Part shown: positions 44,253 through 53,426 of the stretch, piece by piece
Position numbering within the stretch: the first letter of the stretch is position 1
Layout: every line of letters starts with the position of its first letter
Origin: Alteromonas sp.
Lineage (GTDB): Bacteria > Pseudomonadota > Gammaproteobacteria > Enterobacterales > Alteromonadaceae
Assembly: GCA_964230255.1 (NCBI GenBank)
Contig: CAXRGW010000040.1
Location: forward strand, 24,329 to 88,328
Direction of reading: 5' to 3'
DNA length: 64,000 nucleotides
Translations under genes and position numbers: made by a program
The notes under the pieces: model-generated
Told to the model about the DNA's origin: nothing
Seen by the model: the letters and a program-made list of their open reading frames with translations, nothing else
Databases searched by the model: none

Positions 44253-44894
44253 CTATGTATTCCCGCGGGTAAATCCATGTAGTGATAATTGTTGCTGTAG
44301 CTCGGCCAAATTCTCTACTGGCACGCGCATTCTAGGTGACAATAGCGCCAATAATAGCGCCAGTGTACTATAAATTTGATGCCCGTCGTCGACATCGCCT
44401 TTGAGTTGGTAATATTGACTGGATTGGATGATAGTTAAGCTCATCATCTCTACTAACGACTTCAACTCATTGTCAGACAGAGTAAGAAACTCTCTCTGTT
44501 GCGCCAATGTCAGTACTGACTCTAATTTAGCTTCTAAAAGCTTCACCAAGCGTACTAGGTTTTTAGCGACCTTGGGATACTTTTCCATCAGGTCCATGGG
44601 GGAGCGATACAAAAAGCGATAGAGGTGAATTTGTTCGAGGAGCAAATAAAGGTAGTAGAAGTATTCTTCTAATGTGAGTGCGTCGATATTTCGCACATCG
44701 AGTAAACGCTCAAATTGATGAATATGAATATCAAATAATGCATCAACAATGAGCTCTTTGCCCTTGAAGTGATAGTAAAGGTTACCAGGGCTTATATCCA
44801 TTTCGTTGGCAATATCAACACTGGTTACCGAGCTTTCGCCGTGGTAATTGAACAACTCCAGCGATGTCGCAAGGACCCGTTCAGCGGTTTTCAT
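44253..44894 (-). CDS. PhaD-like TetR-family regulator
   Basis: MKTAERVL..SLELFN.HGE..V....IANEMDISPGNLYYHFKGKE closely follows the Pseudomonas PhaD N-terminus as I recall it. Confidence 0.82.
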   Translation of the reverse strand: MKTAERVLATSLELFNYHGESSVTSVDIANEMDISPGNLYYHFKGKELIVDALFDIHIHQFERLLDVRNIDALTLEEYFYYLYLLLEQIHLYRFLYRSPMDLMEKYPKVAKNLVRLVKLLEAKLESVLTLAQQREFLTLSDNELKSLVEMMSLTIIQSSQYYQLKGDVDDGHQIYSTLALLLALLSPRMRVPVENLAELQQQLSLHGFTRGNT

Positions 44895-44903
44895 GCAATC
44901 CTC

Positions 44904-46112
44904 CTAACCGAAGACAAAGTAAAGCTGGGCTACCCCGGCAATGCCTCCTAATACAGCACCTGTTAATATTAACTTCCATTCATCTGCTTGATATGCAGGC
45001 CGTAATACACCTTCAAACTCTTCCGGACTCAACTCTTGCATTCGCGCACACAAGTCATTTCCTACTTGTAACGCCTTGTTGGCATAATCATAAGCATACA
45101 TGAGGTACTTGTCTGAGTTTAAGAAAATTTGCTCCACGGCGAGTTCTTTCATGCGGAAGTAATTCTCAGAACCTAAGCCAAGCGCAAAATAAGGCTGCGC
45201 AATTGACACATTTCGCTCTATGGCATCATTAACATGTAGCTCAATTAACTCCAGAAGCTGTTGCGAGCCCGAGCCATGCAGAATCATGTTGGTGATGTTT
45301 TTCGAATTAATTAGTTTTTGTTCGATGATATCTGAATATACCCTCGCGACGTCATTCTGTCGCTTGAGGAACATACCTTGAATCTTAAATGGCCCAAGGC
45401 TAATCGGCTGTTTAGGTTCGAAGATAATCTTTATCGCGATCCAGTTAGTCAAATAGCCGACTAATAAACCTCCAATGGGTAAAATCCACCAAAACTGGTA
45501 GAAGTGCCACAATAGCATGGTGGGTAGACCAAAAAGGAACCCGAATAGGAAACCTGATTTGACAATAAACGGAAACTCTTTCTCACCCGATTTTAGAAAA
45601 ATTTCGTTGATTAGCTCAGGTTCGCTGACCAGTTGTTCGACAACAAGCTCTTTGATATCGAGGATTTCGTTGACGTTATGTTGAAAATCATTGACAAGTT
45701 TGTGCACAACATTGGGGATGTCGGCCTCGATACGCGCGTAAACTAAGTCTTTGCCCGCCGCGGGTAAGCCTGCCCAAAGGTGTGGTGCAGATTCTCGCAT
45801 TACTTCGTTGACTATTTTCTTTACGACTTGCTTGAGGCGGCGCTGTATTGCTTTCGTTAACTCGTTGGGATCGAGGCGTTCTGCTAACTCTTCTACACTC
45901 AACAGCTTACCAAGAACTAGTTCTACTTCTATTTCCGCCATCTCGCGACGTTTAGCAGGTATCAGGCCTTGCCACCCAAAAATCGGTTTGATACCAAAAA
46001 ACTCGATAGGGTAAAACATCATTTTCACGGCTAGAAAATTAGTAAACCACCCAACCACTGCACTAACCAGTGGGATGGTAAAAAGCATCAGATTGGCGAG
46101 GATCCATTCCAT
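44904..46112 (-). CDS. DUF445-family membrane protein (start moved to MEWILA)
   Basis: VGWFTNFLAVKMMFYP, WQGLIP, C-terminal LILTGAVLGG. Confidence 0.82.
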   Translation of the reverse strand: MEWILANLMLFTIPLVSAVVGWFTNFLAVKMMFYPIEFFGIKPIFGWQGLIPAKRREMAEIEVELVLGKLLSVEELAERLDPNELTKAIQRRLKQVVKKIVNEVMRESAPHLWAGLPAAGKDLVYARIEADIPNVVHKLVNDFQHNVNEILDIKELVVEQLVSEPELINEIFLKSGEKEFPFIVKSGFLFGFLFGLPTMLLWHFYQFWWILPIGGLLVGYLTNWIAIKIIFEPKQPISLGPFKIQGMFLKRQNDVARVYSDIIEQKLINSKNITNMILHGSGSQQLLELIELHVNDAIERNVSIAQPYFALGLGSENYFRMKELAVEQIFLNSDKYLMYAYDYANKALQVGNDLCARMQELSPEEFEGVLRPAYQADEWKLILTGAVLGGIAGVAQLYFVFG

Positions 46113-46253
46113 ATCGACGATTTTGCGCCTTGTTTTATTCTTAATAACTACAATATCAGAGTGTAACCTAAAGTTTTGTCGGCGTAACCAATAAACACTG
46201 CCTAATTTCACGTTTATTGCACAGTATTCGCCGCAATACGTTAACTCGATAAA

Positions 46254-46271
46254 TTGGGTAGTGGTTTCTAA
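46254..46271 (+). promoter_or_regulatory. Candidate PhaD-like operator, patatin promoter
   Basis: TTGGGTAGTGGTTTCTAA; 13 of 18 positions match the box at 50337-50354. Confidence 0.45.
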
Positions 46272-46319
46272 ACATTTTGTTTACACTGCTTGCAGATAAA
46301 TAGCTTTTGAAGGTGATGT

Positions 46320-47807
46320 ATGCCTTTGTTTAACAATCGATTGGCGCAATTGGACGATGCCATTGAACACGCACAGACCTACGCCGAGTATCGCGAGGCG
46401 TGTGCTGAACACGATGAGCTCTCTGGTGCCGACGAATGGAAGACAAAAGACCCCTGTCGTGATTATGATTATCGCTTAATCCGCAAACGGGTACAGCGAA
46501 TTAAATTAGCGCGTGGTCAAGGCGACATTTTAGGCTTGATGTCGATTTTGCATGAGGGGTTGCATGGCAACCTAGGCAACATTGCCAACCCAATATTGCA
46601 ACATCAATCGAAACTCGGTACCAAGCATTTAATTGAAGAGTTTAATCAACAGGTGGCCGGTGCGTTGGATGACATCTATGCCGCCAATGAATTGGAAGTC
46701 GACTTTTACGAAAAATTGTCATTCTTCGAAGAAACCGCCCACGCGTTCGGCCGCAGTTGCTTAATGTTAAGCGGTGGCGCTGGACTGGGTTTCTTCCATT
46801 GTGGTGTAGTCAAGTCGCTCAATGAACGCGACCTATTACCAGGTGTTATATCTGGCGCAAGCGCCGGTTCAATCATTGCAGCCATGTTAGGTACCCGCAC
46901 ACGTGACGAATTACTCGACGTATTAAACGCGGAATTCATTTACAATAAATTCCGCAATTGGCGCGTATTTAAAGGTGTCACTGGCAAAAGCATGTTCGAT
47001 AGTTCTAAGCTCGAAAACGCGCTAATTGAATTGTTTGACGTAATGACGTTTGAAGAAGCTTTCAAGCGCACCGGTCTGCATGTCACTGTGACCGTTTCAC
47101 CCGCAGATCTACATCAATATTCTCGCTTGTTGAACGCTAAAACATCACCTAATGCTATTATAACTCAAGCAGTTCGCGCATCGTGCGCAGTACCTATCGT
47201 ATTCAGTCCTGTGCAGTTGCGGGCTAAAAACGCAAACGGTCAAATTGTACCTTACATCCCCAATCGACGCTTTGCAGATGGCTCATTGATGGCCGATTTG
47301 CCGTACGAGAGACTGGCGCGCTTATATGGTGTTAACCACAGCATAGTGAGTCAAACCAATCCACTGGCAGTGCCGTTTTTATCGCGTAATCGCAAAGATG
47401 CTAACAGTGTGTCGAGCATTACCATGCGACATATTACAAACTTAGCCAAAGTAAATAGCATCTACGCGTTTGATGTACTCGAAGCCGCAGTGGGAAATCG
47501 CGCAGCAAAATTAGCAATTCACAAGTTGCGTTCGGTTGTTGATCAACAATACGTGGGCGACGTAAATATACTGCCGGAGCGCGGCATGCGCAGCTTGGCG
47601 CACCTGTGGTCAAACCCAACAGTAGAAAGTATCGGCGAATTAATCCGCAATGGCGAGAAAGCAACTTGGCCACAACTTGATTATATTGAGCGGAGTACGC
47701 ATGTTAGTCAGCTGTTGCAGCGTTATTTGAAGCAACTCAAGGAGCGTGAGGCACGCGTTTTGGGCCAGGCGACAAATATACGTATAGTTGAATCTAAAAC
47801 TGCATGA
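46320..47807 (+). CDS. Patatin-like lipase with DUF3336 N-region (TGL3/4/5-SDP1 type)
   Basis: LSGGAGLG, GASAG nucleophile, RLLNAKTSPN, ADGS, VNHSIVSQTNP. Confidence 0.88.
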   Translation: MPLFNNRLAQLDDAIEHAQTYAEYREACAEHDELSGADEWKTKDPCRDYDYRLIRKRVQRIKLARGQGDILGLMSILHEGLHGNLGNIANPILQHQSKLGTKHLIEEFNQQVAGALDDIYAANELEVDFYEKLSFFEETAHAFGRSCLMLSGGAGLGFFHCGVVKSLNERDLLPGVISGASAGSIIAAMLGTRTRDELLDVLNAEFIYNKFRNWRVFKGVTGKSMFDSSKLENALIELFDVMTFEEAFKRTGLHVTVTVSPADLHQYSRLLNAKTSPNAIITQAVRASCAVPIVFSPVQLRAKNANGQIVPYIPNRRFADGSLMADLPYERLARLYGVNHSIVSQTNPLAVPFLSRNRKDANSVSSITMRHITNLAKVNSIYAFDVLEAAVGNRAAKLAIHKLRSVVDQQYVGDVNILPERGMRSLAHLWSNPTVESIGELIRNGEKATWPQLDYIERSTHVSQLLQRYLKQLKEREARVLGQATNIRIVESKTA

Positions 47808-49161
47808 ATAAGGCATTTGCCGGCGATCCATACATAAGGAAGGTGTTAGAAATCGTTGGACTAATCGCTTCAGATAAGAAGGGTCAACGTTCGGTTTTCG
47901 ATGACATCACAGCATTTTTTTTGTCGACGATGCAAAAAGTACACGTCAACAACTTGATCATAAAATCGCGATATCCGTTTTACAGGATAAAATTGCTGAA
48001 GACGTCGACGGCGCCACTGACGCGGATTTACACCAAGAAATAGCCAAACTGGATGCGGCCAAACAAGCTGATAAGGACGCCCGGCACAGTCGCCAGTCTA
48101 AAGTACAAAGACTGTGTCAAATGGTATTCGACTGCTGTGAAGGTAGCTCATACCCCGAGACTCAACAAAAAACCGCAAAATTTTTAGCCGCTTTGTGGCT
48201 AATCGCTGAACAGTCAGATTTACCCCATCAAGCGATTCACCAAAAACTTAAAGTTCCCTATAAGATGGCGCTAACACTGCGCCTAGTTGATGAAGTCATT
48301 CGTAAGCAAATATGCCAAGTACCTAACTGGCATACGTTTCGTCAACCCGAAGCTCGCTATAACGAAGATGCAGAAGCTCGTAAGCTCTGTTATGCAACGG
48401 TGGCAGTACCCGCCATGACGGCCGCGCTGTTTCAGAATGCGGGTCTTCAGCATCCATTGGCGGTGAAATTACTCCATGGTGCAGACGGTACAGCCAATCC
48501 ATTTAGGGTATTGGAAGCTGAAGAGCGGCAATCTCTGCTTAAAATGAATTATCGCTTTAGTGCAGATTACGTAAGCTTAGGATTAGGTGTTGATCACGGT
48601 ACCGATTACGCATGCCCTGAACAACAAGTTCTATCCCATGCAACTGTGTTGGAAGTGGTTAAAGATGCCTACAAGCCCAAATCGGGAATTGGACAGATAC
48701 TGAAAATTCCACAAATTTATACGTCGGTAGTGCTATCAACAAAACCAGAATTTTCACGCGTGGATGTACCCAAATGCTGTGCTTTAATTGACCAACTCGG
48801 TAAAAAAGGTGTGCTCAATGGAAAACTCGCTAGCGCTTTTAACGCGATAACGGGTGTTTTCCCACAGGGTTTCGGGATCAACACTTCGAAATATTTATCC
48901 ATTGTTTTAGGCTTGAACCCACGCAAACCGCATGAACCCAACGTGATACCACTGTCTGCAAAGCCAACTTATCCATTGCCTGATAAACAGCAGGGTGCAC
49001 ATAAAATAGAGAACTACTATTTCAGCGAGACTCGCAAACAATTCACGCCAAGTCAAAATGCCCAGATAGAAGCCTTGGTAAAGCAAACGGACAATAACGA
49101 TCCAAGTTGGAAGGCCAGCGAAACTTTTCATGAGTGGCGCGCTATTTGGCAACGCCAATAA
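47804..49161 (+). pseudogene. Hypothetical (degenerate HD-GYP-like) gene split by a frameshift at T8
   Basis: ORFs 47804-48043 and 48121-49161 join into about 452 aa if T8 at 47915-47922 were T9. Confidence 0.7.
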
Positions 49162-49184
49162 AAAAAGAGCGTCAGCTCTTTTTT
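49160..49184. terminator. Bidirectional intrinsic terminator
   Basis: AAAAAAAGAGC-GTCA-GCTCTTTTTT between convergent genes. Confidence 0.75.
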
Positions 49185-49208
49185 ATTGGTTAGATACTTA
49201 AACGCAGA

Positions 49209-49796
49209 TTACTCGGCCTTAGGCGCTGGTTTCTTCGCTGCTGGCTTTTTGGTTGCAGCAGGTTTTTTAGCCGCAGCAGGTTTTTTAGCGGCTGGCGCAC
49301 TAGTCGCTGGGGGCTTTTTCGCTGCAGCAGGTTTTTTAGTTGCAGCAGGCTTTTTCGCCGCTGGTTTAGCGACAGTAGTTGTTGCTTTTGCAGCAGCTTT
49401 CGGTGCAGCTGCTTTGGTTGCTGCAGTCTTGCGAGCTGTCGTTTTCTTGGTTGCAGCAGTGTCCTTCGCACGCTGTTCTGCGAGTAAAGCAACCTGGTCG
49501 ATTAACTTATCGACTTTGCCTGAAAGCTGTTCCAATTGCTTGTCGCGTTGCGCACCACCAAAACTTAAGGCGTCAAACCAATTCTTTATTGTCTTGTTCA
49601 TCTTATCACTCCGCGGCATGGCATTTTTTAAGTCTGCTTCAACAGCTTCACCTCGACTTGCGAGTTCGTTAAATAAAGCATTCGACTTAGACACAGCTTT
49701 ATCAAATTGAGTCGATAAATCACTGACTTGATCCGCCACTAGTCCGCAATATGCGTTCACAAAACTCGTAAATGGATTTTTGCTTGTTGTTGACAT
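49209..49796 (-). CDS. PhaF-like phasin with histone H1-like KPAA tail
   Basis: LFNELASRGEAVE, zipper-like LEQLSGKVDKLIDQV, then AKKPAA repeats. Confidence 0.8.
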   Translation of the reverse strand: MSTTSKNPFTSFVNAYCGLVADQVSDLSTQFDKAVSKSNALFNELASRGEAVEADLKNAMPRSDKMNKTIKNWFDALSFGGAQRDKQLEQLSGKVDKLIDQVALLAEQRAKDTAATKKTTARKTAATKAAAPKAAAKATTTVAKPAAKKPAATKKPAAAKKPPATSAPAAKKPAAAKKPAATKKPAAKKPAPKAE

Positions 49797-49899
49797 TTAG
49801 CTCCCCTCAATCGATTCAATGCTGTGTTATTCAGTGTAATCATCGCAATTGTTGCCGCTAAAAATTAACGTTAATGGCTCAATTGCAACAGAGACAGAA

Positions 49900-49919
49900 A
49901 CGCACTCCGAAGAGTGCGT
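49900..49919 (-). terminator. Hairpin between the phasin genes (partial terminator or stabiliser)
   Basis: ACGCACTC-TTCG-GAGTGCGT with a cUUCGg loop and only a short U tail. Confidence 0.65.
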
Positions 49920-49925
49920 CTGGCA

Positions 49926-50285
49926 TTATTTTGCTGCAGCTAACTTCGCAACAGCTTCAGTTAGTGCGTCAATTTTTGTGCTAAGTTCTTCGATTTTTTG
50001 ATCAGAGTTATCTGCGTCCAAACCAAGTTTCTTACGCACATCAGCAACACGCTCTTCAACTTCTGAAGTGGTTTGCTTGAACTTACCTTTCGCGTCTTCT
50101 TCAAGCGCTTCGCCTTTAACTACTAACTCTTCAAACATTTTCTGAGTTTCAGTGCTCAACTGCTCGTATCGACCTTGTGCTTCATCGATACTTTTGCCGT
50201 ATGCGCCTAAACCTGCCAACCAGATTTTACGTGCAAACTCTTCTGCTTCGTTGAACTTCGCTTTGATTTGATCTGTTTTAGTCAT
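49926..50285 (-). CDS. PhaI-like phasin (granule-associated protein)
   Basis: RKIWLAGLGAYGK, FEELVVKGE, IEELSTKIDALT; GGAGA RBS. Confidence 0.9.
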   Translation of the reverse strand: MTKTDQIKAKFNEAEEFARKIWLAGLGAYGKSIDEAQGRYEQLSTETQKMFEELVVKGEALEEDAKGKFKQTTSEVEERVADVRKKLGLDADNSDQKIEELSTKIDALTEAVAKLAAAK

Positions 50286-50336
50286 GATGTTCTCCAGTGA
50301 CCGATTTAAGTTTCAGTTATAGATTACAAATGACAA

Positions 50337-50364
50337 TTAGAAACCGCATACTAATATGCGGTTT
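50337..50364 (-). promoter_or_regulatory. Candidate PhaD-like operator overlapping a hairpin downstream of fadR
   Basis: TTAG-N10-CTAA (50337-50354); hairpin AAACCGCATA-CTAA-TATGCGGTTT (50341-50364). Confidence 0.5.
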
Positions 50365-50405
50365 TTTATTGAAATTAATTTTAAGGTTTTGATTTAAATA
50401 GAAAA

Positions 50406-51116
50406 TTAATCTACCAAATCACTTGGCATTGACTCTCGGACTTCACTCCAGACCACACCCGACTCGATTCCGTACTGGCGCAGTAAGATAGGTACTGACT
50501 CAAAATCGCCCTCTTTTGCCGCTGCAAGTAACTTAGCATAGAAGCCTTTTGCCACGTCTCGGGCTTTTCTATGCGAGAAAAAGTAACCGCCAATTCGCGA
50601 ATACATGCCTCGGAATCCATTCATCATAAGAACAAAAACAGGGTTTCCTGAGGCTAGTGCTAAGTCGTGGTTGAGTTGATAATCGAAATCCGCAAATGCA
50701 GGACCGTCCTCAGATACTCCGGTGTAACGACTGATAATCTCAACGGCTTTATCGGCGTTGTTACGCAGCGCACCGCGGATAAACACAGCACTTAAATTAG
50801 TACGTGCTGCGAGTAAATTATCAATCAGGTCTGAGATACCTTCTTGGTCGAGACGCGCAAGCGTCTCCAAAATGTTTAAACCACAAGTCTCCCAAAAGTT
50901 ATTAACTTTAGTCGGCTTGCCGTGCTGGATTGTCAACCAGCCGTCACGCGCAAGTCGCTGTAATACTTCGCGCAGCGTCGTGCGAGTTACACCAATTAAC
51001 TCAGACAGCTCACGTTCTGCAGGAAGAATTGTACCGGGCGCAAAACGTCCACTCCAGATCGACTCAACAATATACTCTTCTGCGAATCCGGCAGGACTTT
51101 GGGCCTTATAAATCAT
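50406..51116 (-). CDS. fadR: Fatty acid metabolism regulator
   Basis: [48 protein letters not shown]. Confidence 0.97.
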   Translation of the reverse strand: MIYKAQSPAGFAEEYIVESIWSGRFAPGTILPAERELSELIGVTRTTLREVLQRLARDGWLTIQHGKPTKVNNFWETCGLNILETLARLDQEGISDLIDNLLAARTNLSAVFIRGALRNNADKAVEIISRYTGVSEDGPAFADFDYQLNHDLALASGNPVFVLMMNGFRGMYSRIGGYFFSHRKARDVAKGFYAKLLAAAKEGDFESVPILLRQYGIESGVVWSEVRESMPSDLVD

Positions 51117-51145
51117 GTACGACGCACCTGTATTCTTATATTAAC

Positions 51146-51162
51146 TACTGATTGTACCAGTC
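51146..51162 (-). promoter_or_regulatory. Candidate FadR autoregulatory box over an extended -10
   Basis: Minus strand GACTGGTACAATCAGTA, about 30 nt upstream of fadR. Confidence 0.55.
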
Positions 51163-51234
51163 AATATTGGCAAGATTCCAGTCTCGCGTAAATATAAAAA
51201 TAACAATTAAGGATAAGTCTTGGTTTGAGATATG

Positions 51235-51265
51235 AAAAAACAGCTTAGGTAAAGAACCTAAGCTG
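51235..51265 (-). terminator. Intrinsic terminator of the beta-propeller gene
   Basis: CAGCTTAGGT-N5-ACCTAAGCTG followed by TTTTTT on the minus strand. Confidence 0.85.
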
Positions 51266-51298
51266 CGTAAGTCTACGAATATTTAATTTTCAGGATGT

Positions 51299-53263
51299 CT
51301 AAAACGGTCCAAGTAGCGGAGCGTCGGTGGCATGTGCTTGGAAATAGAGCTGATTGCCACGCAAATAATATACACCTGAGTTAGTAATAACACTGCGATC
51401 TTCACCAGCGTAAATATAATGGTCAGCGGAAGCAGTAACCTCAATTTCTCGCTCATCAATTAAACTCGGTTGCACAGCATTCGTGTCTATTGCAAATGAT
51501 AGCAACTTATTCGTTTGCGTTGATGCACCACTTAACTCCATCTGCCAGGTTTCATAAGGCATAGCAAAGGATACCCTAGAGTTTTGCTGGAACACTGCTA
51601 ATGAGCGATAATCGTATTCGACTGGAGTAAAACTTTCTTCTCGAATAAGAGTATCTAACTCTAGAGGGTTAGCTGGGTCACGTACATCAAATAGGCTAAT
51701 TTTAAGTTCATTGAGAATAATTGGCTGAATCCCAACTTGGCCATTATTGGGTAACCTTGCGATGTCAATTTCTTGCCCCACCCCCAACAAGAAGCTATCA
51801 CCTATAGGCTGAAGATAGCTGGAAAAGCCCGGTATTTCTAGCTCACCCTGCAATTCCGGAAAGGCCGGGTCAGTCAAATCGATCACGTAAAGAGGGTCAA
51901 TACGTTCAAAAGTCACTACATAACCTTTGTTGCCAATGTAGCGTACCGCAAAAACATCTTCCCCTGGCTTACCTATTGCGTCAGGATAAGCTTCATTTGG
52001 CAATTGTCCTATGATCTCAAGTTGACTGCCTCGCTCTTCTAACGTGAATAATTGATGCAAAGGGTCTTGTGGTTCAGACCAGTAATCAGTCGTTACGATC
52101 CGCATGACTCCCTCGTATTCACTCAAACGCAGATGCGGTTGTGCACTCCCCCATACCACGCCTGGAACGCTACCTGAAGCAGCGTAGTTAACACCTTCTG
52201 CCATGCTAACTTTGTGTAAATATGTGTTTTTTTCCCCTTCACCGACTAAATAAAGCGCTTCGGTACTGGCATACAAATCAGAAGTCAAAGCCGAAATACA
52301 CAGCGATTCAACATTCGCGGGTTGGGTTAGATCAATCCGGGCGACGTGCACAATTTGTGCTGAACCATCTAGGCTTGTGGCGAGTTCTGGAACCATACAA
52401 TCTTCAACTTGTAGCGTATTGAGCGATACTTCGTTTAGCTTAATATTAGGCACCAATGACTCGTCTGCAAGCGATTGTATGTATTGATAATTTTGCAGTC
52501 GCTCAGACGATGTGCTCGCGCCAAAAACCAAACCCTCTGGACGCGGTACAAAGCTACTGACCACATACAAGTACTGATCGATACGGCGACTATTTAACAA
52601 CCGTCCGTCAAACGTCAGTTTATCCGGGGCAGTAATATCATCTGGCGCTGACACGTTGAAGATTTCCACATTGAAACTCGGTGAATACTCGCCCTGCATT
52701 TCCGCGGCAGTCGTTAGCGCGCCGACGGCAAAAACCGGTTGTGAACCACTTAATACCGCCAACTGAGAATCTTCTGGCGCCAAATAAATACCATGAATTC
52801 CCCAGTCTGAATTTTCGATTGTAAGTTCATCGATCAGCGATAATTGATTGTCCTCATTTTTCGCTAATACTCTTACATGCGCTTGATATTCCTGTTCTTG
52901 CTCTTGCCAAATTGGGTATTCAGCGACAAAAAAATGGGCACCGTCAAATTCGATCCTATCGGCTTCATCTACCCCACTCTCCTGAGTATTAGTGGTAGAA
53001 AAACTGGCATTATTTAATGCATTGGCTGTGAGTGCTTCGACTTTAGGTGTGCCGGCATGACCCAGCGAAGCGCTATAGAGCCCATTGCGAATAAACGTTG
53101 CGGCACTCACTTGGCCCGTTTGTGTCAAACTGCCAGCGAACACTTGCGGACTATTTAGCACTGGTGGCTCAATGGGTACTTGTTCGTTATCTGAGCACGC
53201 ACTGACTAACAGTAATGTTGAGCTTGCAAGTAATAGACTAGGTCTTACATTATTTCCTTTCAT
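51299..53263 (-). CDS. Beta-propeller domain lipoprotein
   Basis: Lipobox VSAC; STTNTQESGVDEAD, VTFERIDPLYVIDL, GELEIPGFSSYL. Confidence 0.87.
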   Translation of the reverse strand: MKGNNVRPSLLLASSTLLLVSACSDNEQVPIEPPVLNSPQVFAGSLTQTGQVSAATFIRNGLYSASLGHAGTPKVEALTANALNNASFSTTNTQESGVDEADRIEFDGAHFFVAEYPIWQEQEQEYQAHVRVLAKNEDNQLSLIDELTIENSDWGIHGIYLAPEDSQLAVLSGSQPVFAVGALTTAAEMQGEYSPSFNVEIFNVSAPDDITAPDKLTFDGRLLNSRRIDQYLYVVSSFVPRPEGLVFGASTSSERLQNYQYIQSLADESLVPNIKLNEVSLNTLQVEDCMVPELATSLDGSAQIVHVARIDLTQPANVESLCISALTSDLYASTEALYLVGEGEKNTYLHKVSMAEGVNYAASGSVPGVVWGSAQPHLRLSEYEGVMRIVTTDYWSEPQDPLHQLFTLEERGSQLEIIGQLPNEAYPDAIGKPGEDVFAVRYIGNKGYVVTFERIDPLYVIDLTDPAFPELQGELEIPGFSSYLQPIGDSFLLGVGQEIDIARLPNNGQVGIQPIILNELKISLFDVRDPANPLELDTLIREESFTPVEYDYRSLAVFQQNSRVSFAMPYETWQMELSGASTQTNKLLSFAIDTNAVQPSLIDEREIEVTASADHYIYAGEDRSVITNSGVYYLRGNQLYFQAHATDAPLLGPF

Positions 53264-53347
53264 TGGTTGTTTACCTTATTTGCTAGTAATTCGTCATCTA
53301 ACATTAGATAAATGGTGTGGCTAAATCCGTTTGAAGATGAAAAAATT

Positions 53348-53361
53348 TGTGAATATTTGTA
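53348..53361 (-). promoter_or_regulatory. RstA-box-like direct repeat
   Basis: Minus strand TACA-AATATT-CACA; on the plus strand ATTTGT repeats with a 10-bp period. Confidence 0.45.
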
Positions 53362-53426
53362 ATCGAACGATGATGCTTGCATGACGCTCTGTTAATCTCT
53401 AAATCCAGAACGACTACTCAAAAACA

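Noticed and set aside
49186-49710. Plus-strand AAGFL-repeat ORF that looks like a membrane protein
   Set aside because: Exact antisense of the KPAA tail of the PhaF-like gene; the repeats are coding, not CRISPR or VNTR.
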